DNA from: the human T2T-CHM13v2.0 reference genome, Homo sapiens
NCBI RefSeq assembly: GCF_009914755.1
Contig: NC_060932.1
DNA: 64,000 nucleotides
Strand: one strand, 5' to 3'
The notes beneath the pieces were generated by a model. It was not told the origin of the DNA. It did no database searches and worked only from the letters and a program-made list of their open reading frames with translations. Below are positions 61,901 through 64,000 of the stretch, piece after piece (the stretch's first letter is position 1; the number at the start of each line of letters is the position of its first letter). Position numbers and translations under genes: made by a program.

Positions 61901-64000
61901 CCGGCTCACCCAGGGGCCTGGGAAGGCTATGGCCATATGCCCACTTCACTCTGCAGGACAAGTGGCCTGTCCCCACTATATTCACCTCCTCACCCCTCTC
62001 CCTTGGATGGACCAGTGGTGGTGTCACCCAAAGCAAATTGACACTATTTTTCCCTTGGTAACCGCAAAGGGGGAGAATCACCCGTCTCCTAATTTTAACC
62101 AGTACGTGAGGGACCAGGGCGCCATGACCGACCAGCTGAGCAGGCGGCAGATCCGCGAGTACCAACTCTACAGCAGGACCAGTGGCAAGCACGTGCAGGT
62201 CACCGGGCGTCGCATCTCCGCCACCGCCGAGGACGGCAACAAGTTTGGTGAGAGTTGGCCCTCCCCCCAGGGCACCCACACCTCCACTCTGCCTCACTTC
62301 CACCCTGCCTCACCTCCTGGTCCATCCCCAGATCCTGTGTCAGGGCTGAGGGCCCCAAGGGCCTGAGTGTCCCCAACCCCTTCGCCTGAGTCTGGAGGTC
62401 AGTGTGGCTGGGTGGTCCCCTGCTGTAGCCATAGGCCGGCAGCCCCGATGGACGGAGGTCTTTCTCCCCTCCCCCACCACAGCCAAGCTCATAGTGGAGA
62501 CGGACACGTTTGGCAGCCGGGTTCGCATCAAAGGGGCTGAGAGTGAGAAGTACATCTGTATGAACAAGAGGGGCAAGCTCATCGGGAAGGTGAGGCTGGG
62601 AGACTGGGAAGTAACAGAGAATCAGCCCTACTGGGGTGGGGACATATAGGGCATCATGCTCCCCTCTCTCCTCTGAGCCACACACCCTCCTGTGTAAAGA
62701 CTTCCCATCCTACTCTCAGCCCACCCACTGGGCCACTCTCTGGTTTTTATTTTAGAGTCCGGGTCTTGCTCTGCTACCTAGGCTGGAGTGCAGTGGCACA
62801 ATCATAGCCCACTGCAGCTTTGTACTCCTGGGCTCAAGCAATCCTCTCGCCTCAGCCTCTGAAGTAGTAGCTGGCACTATAGGTGCATGCCACCATGCCC
62901 AGCTAATTTTTTTTTTTTTTTTTGTAGAGATAGGGCCTCACTATGTTGCCCTGGCTGGTCTCAAACTCACGGGCTAAAGCGATCCTCCCACCTCAGCCTC
63001 CCAAAGTGCTGGGATTACAGGCGTGAGCCACGGAGCCCGGCCTGGTTTCTCTATTTAAATGAGTCCCCGGGACTCTATTAGCCCTCTGAGGGGACTGGCA
63101 AGCCACTGGGATCTGTGGGGCTGATGTCAGGAGTATTTCTCCAGCAGGCATCAGTAAGAGCTTAGCATCTACCTGACACTGCAGCCTCTGGGTGGAGGAC
63201 TAAGAGCTGTTGAGGGTGGAAAGTGGGGCACAGATGTAAGACAGGAACTCCCCCAAGTTCAGTGGGGCCAGTGGGCTCCAGCTAGCAAGATAGACACTAA
63301 GCAGCTGCCCCTGTGACCAAAGCACACGGTAGGCCGGGCCCTGCTGGGTGGGAGAATTCCACTTCGTTTGAAACCAGGCAATCCCAGCTTCCCATTCGGC
63401 TGTCGCTGACCAAATAACCTTTGGTTTGCCTGTCTTTGTCAAGCCTCAGGCTTCTTGTCTGTAGAAATGGGCACAGACCCCTGATTGCAGACAGAGTGGG
63501 ATGGGTGGCTGCACTGGCACCCTTCTTTCTTCTCATTGGAGGCTGCTGCCTCCTCTCCCATGCCCAGCAGCACCCCTCACCTAGGCTGCATGAGCATTTC
63601 AGTGCTAAGGGCCCGTGCATGCTGGGAAATGCCGCAGGTCCTTGATCTTCACCTACATCTCAGGAAGCTGAGGCCCAGCCTGGTTCAGGACCGCTAAACG
63701 ACAAGCCTGCAACTCAGATCCACAAAGCGTGTTCTTGTTGGCCACTGTTGCCTCTCTAAATAGGATGCCATCTCACCAGGCAGAGTTCCCTGGGCTCACG
63801 GCCCCGTTGTTCCCGTTGTCCCTCCTCAGTCGTCCAAAATAGGCCGTAAGGGCGACACCCCAGACCAGGGTAGGTGGACAAATGCCCTTCCTGTCCTTGC
63901 TTCTCCCGCAGCCCAGCGGGAAGAGCAAAGACTGCGTGTTCACGGAGATCGTGCTGGAGAACAACTATACGGCCTTCCAGAACGCCCGGCACGAGGGCTG
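58885..64000 (+). CDS. FGF17: Fibroblast growth factor 17 (3'-incomplete)
   Basis: join(58885..58919,59101..59137,62070..62247,62483..62589,63912..>64000); [65 protein letters not shown]...[13 protein letters not shown]. Confidence 0.98.
59101..59137 (+). CDS. FGF17: FGF17 exon 2 (signal peptide end)
   Basis: cacag| acceptor, |gtaggc donor. Confidence 0.94.
61358..61390 (+). repeat. (CCCCAG)n simple repeat
   Basis: Seen directly. Confidence 0.85.
62070..62247 (+). CDS. FGF17: FGF17 exon 3 (b acceptor start 62070; a acceptor start 62103)
   Basis: [11 protein letters not shown]|YVRDQ...GNKF. Confidence 0.94.
62483..62589 (+). CDS. FGF17: FGF17 exon 4
   Basis: [35 protein letters not shown]. 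Confidence 0.96.
62743..63042 (-). mobile_element. AluJ
   Basis: Full dimer. Confidence 0.88.
63912..64000 (+). CDS. FGF17: FGF17 last exon (partial)
   Basis: [29 protein letters not shown]. Confidence 0.96.

Overview
Human (primate) genomic DNA, recognisable from its proteins as the XPO7-NPM2-FGF17 locus (8p21.3), with all three genes on the + strand. It contains the last 17 coding exons and 3'UTR of XPO7 (638-~22570), the complete 214-aa NPM2 gene (CDS 41206-52639) and FGF17 from its promoter into its last coding exon (58885->64000). XPO7 and NPM2 are separated by an orphan CpG-island promoter (~26.2 kb) and a ~12 kb L1/Alu/LTR block. The most interesting signals read from the sequence are: (1) two minor-spliceosome (U12) introns in XPO7, one AT-AC and one GT-AG; (2) a candidate in-frame 81/27-nt XPO7 cassette exon behind a long (CT)n tract; (3) an orphan ETS/NRF1 housekeeping-type promoter with no coding gene attached; (4) a NOBOX+E-box element in the NPM2 promoter that overlaps a branch point and lies next to a GC-drifted MER5A; (5) a U13 snoRNA retrocopy; (6) a tail-less Alu with intact target-site duplications (TSDs) and a second Alu nested in it; (7) a FOXH1-SMAD-T-box (Nodal-response-like) module ~1.1 kb upstream of FGF17. 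There are no prokaryotic-type systems (CRISPR etc.). Repeat boundaries and subfamilies are by eye and approximate. I cannot verify the novelty of any finding without database searches.
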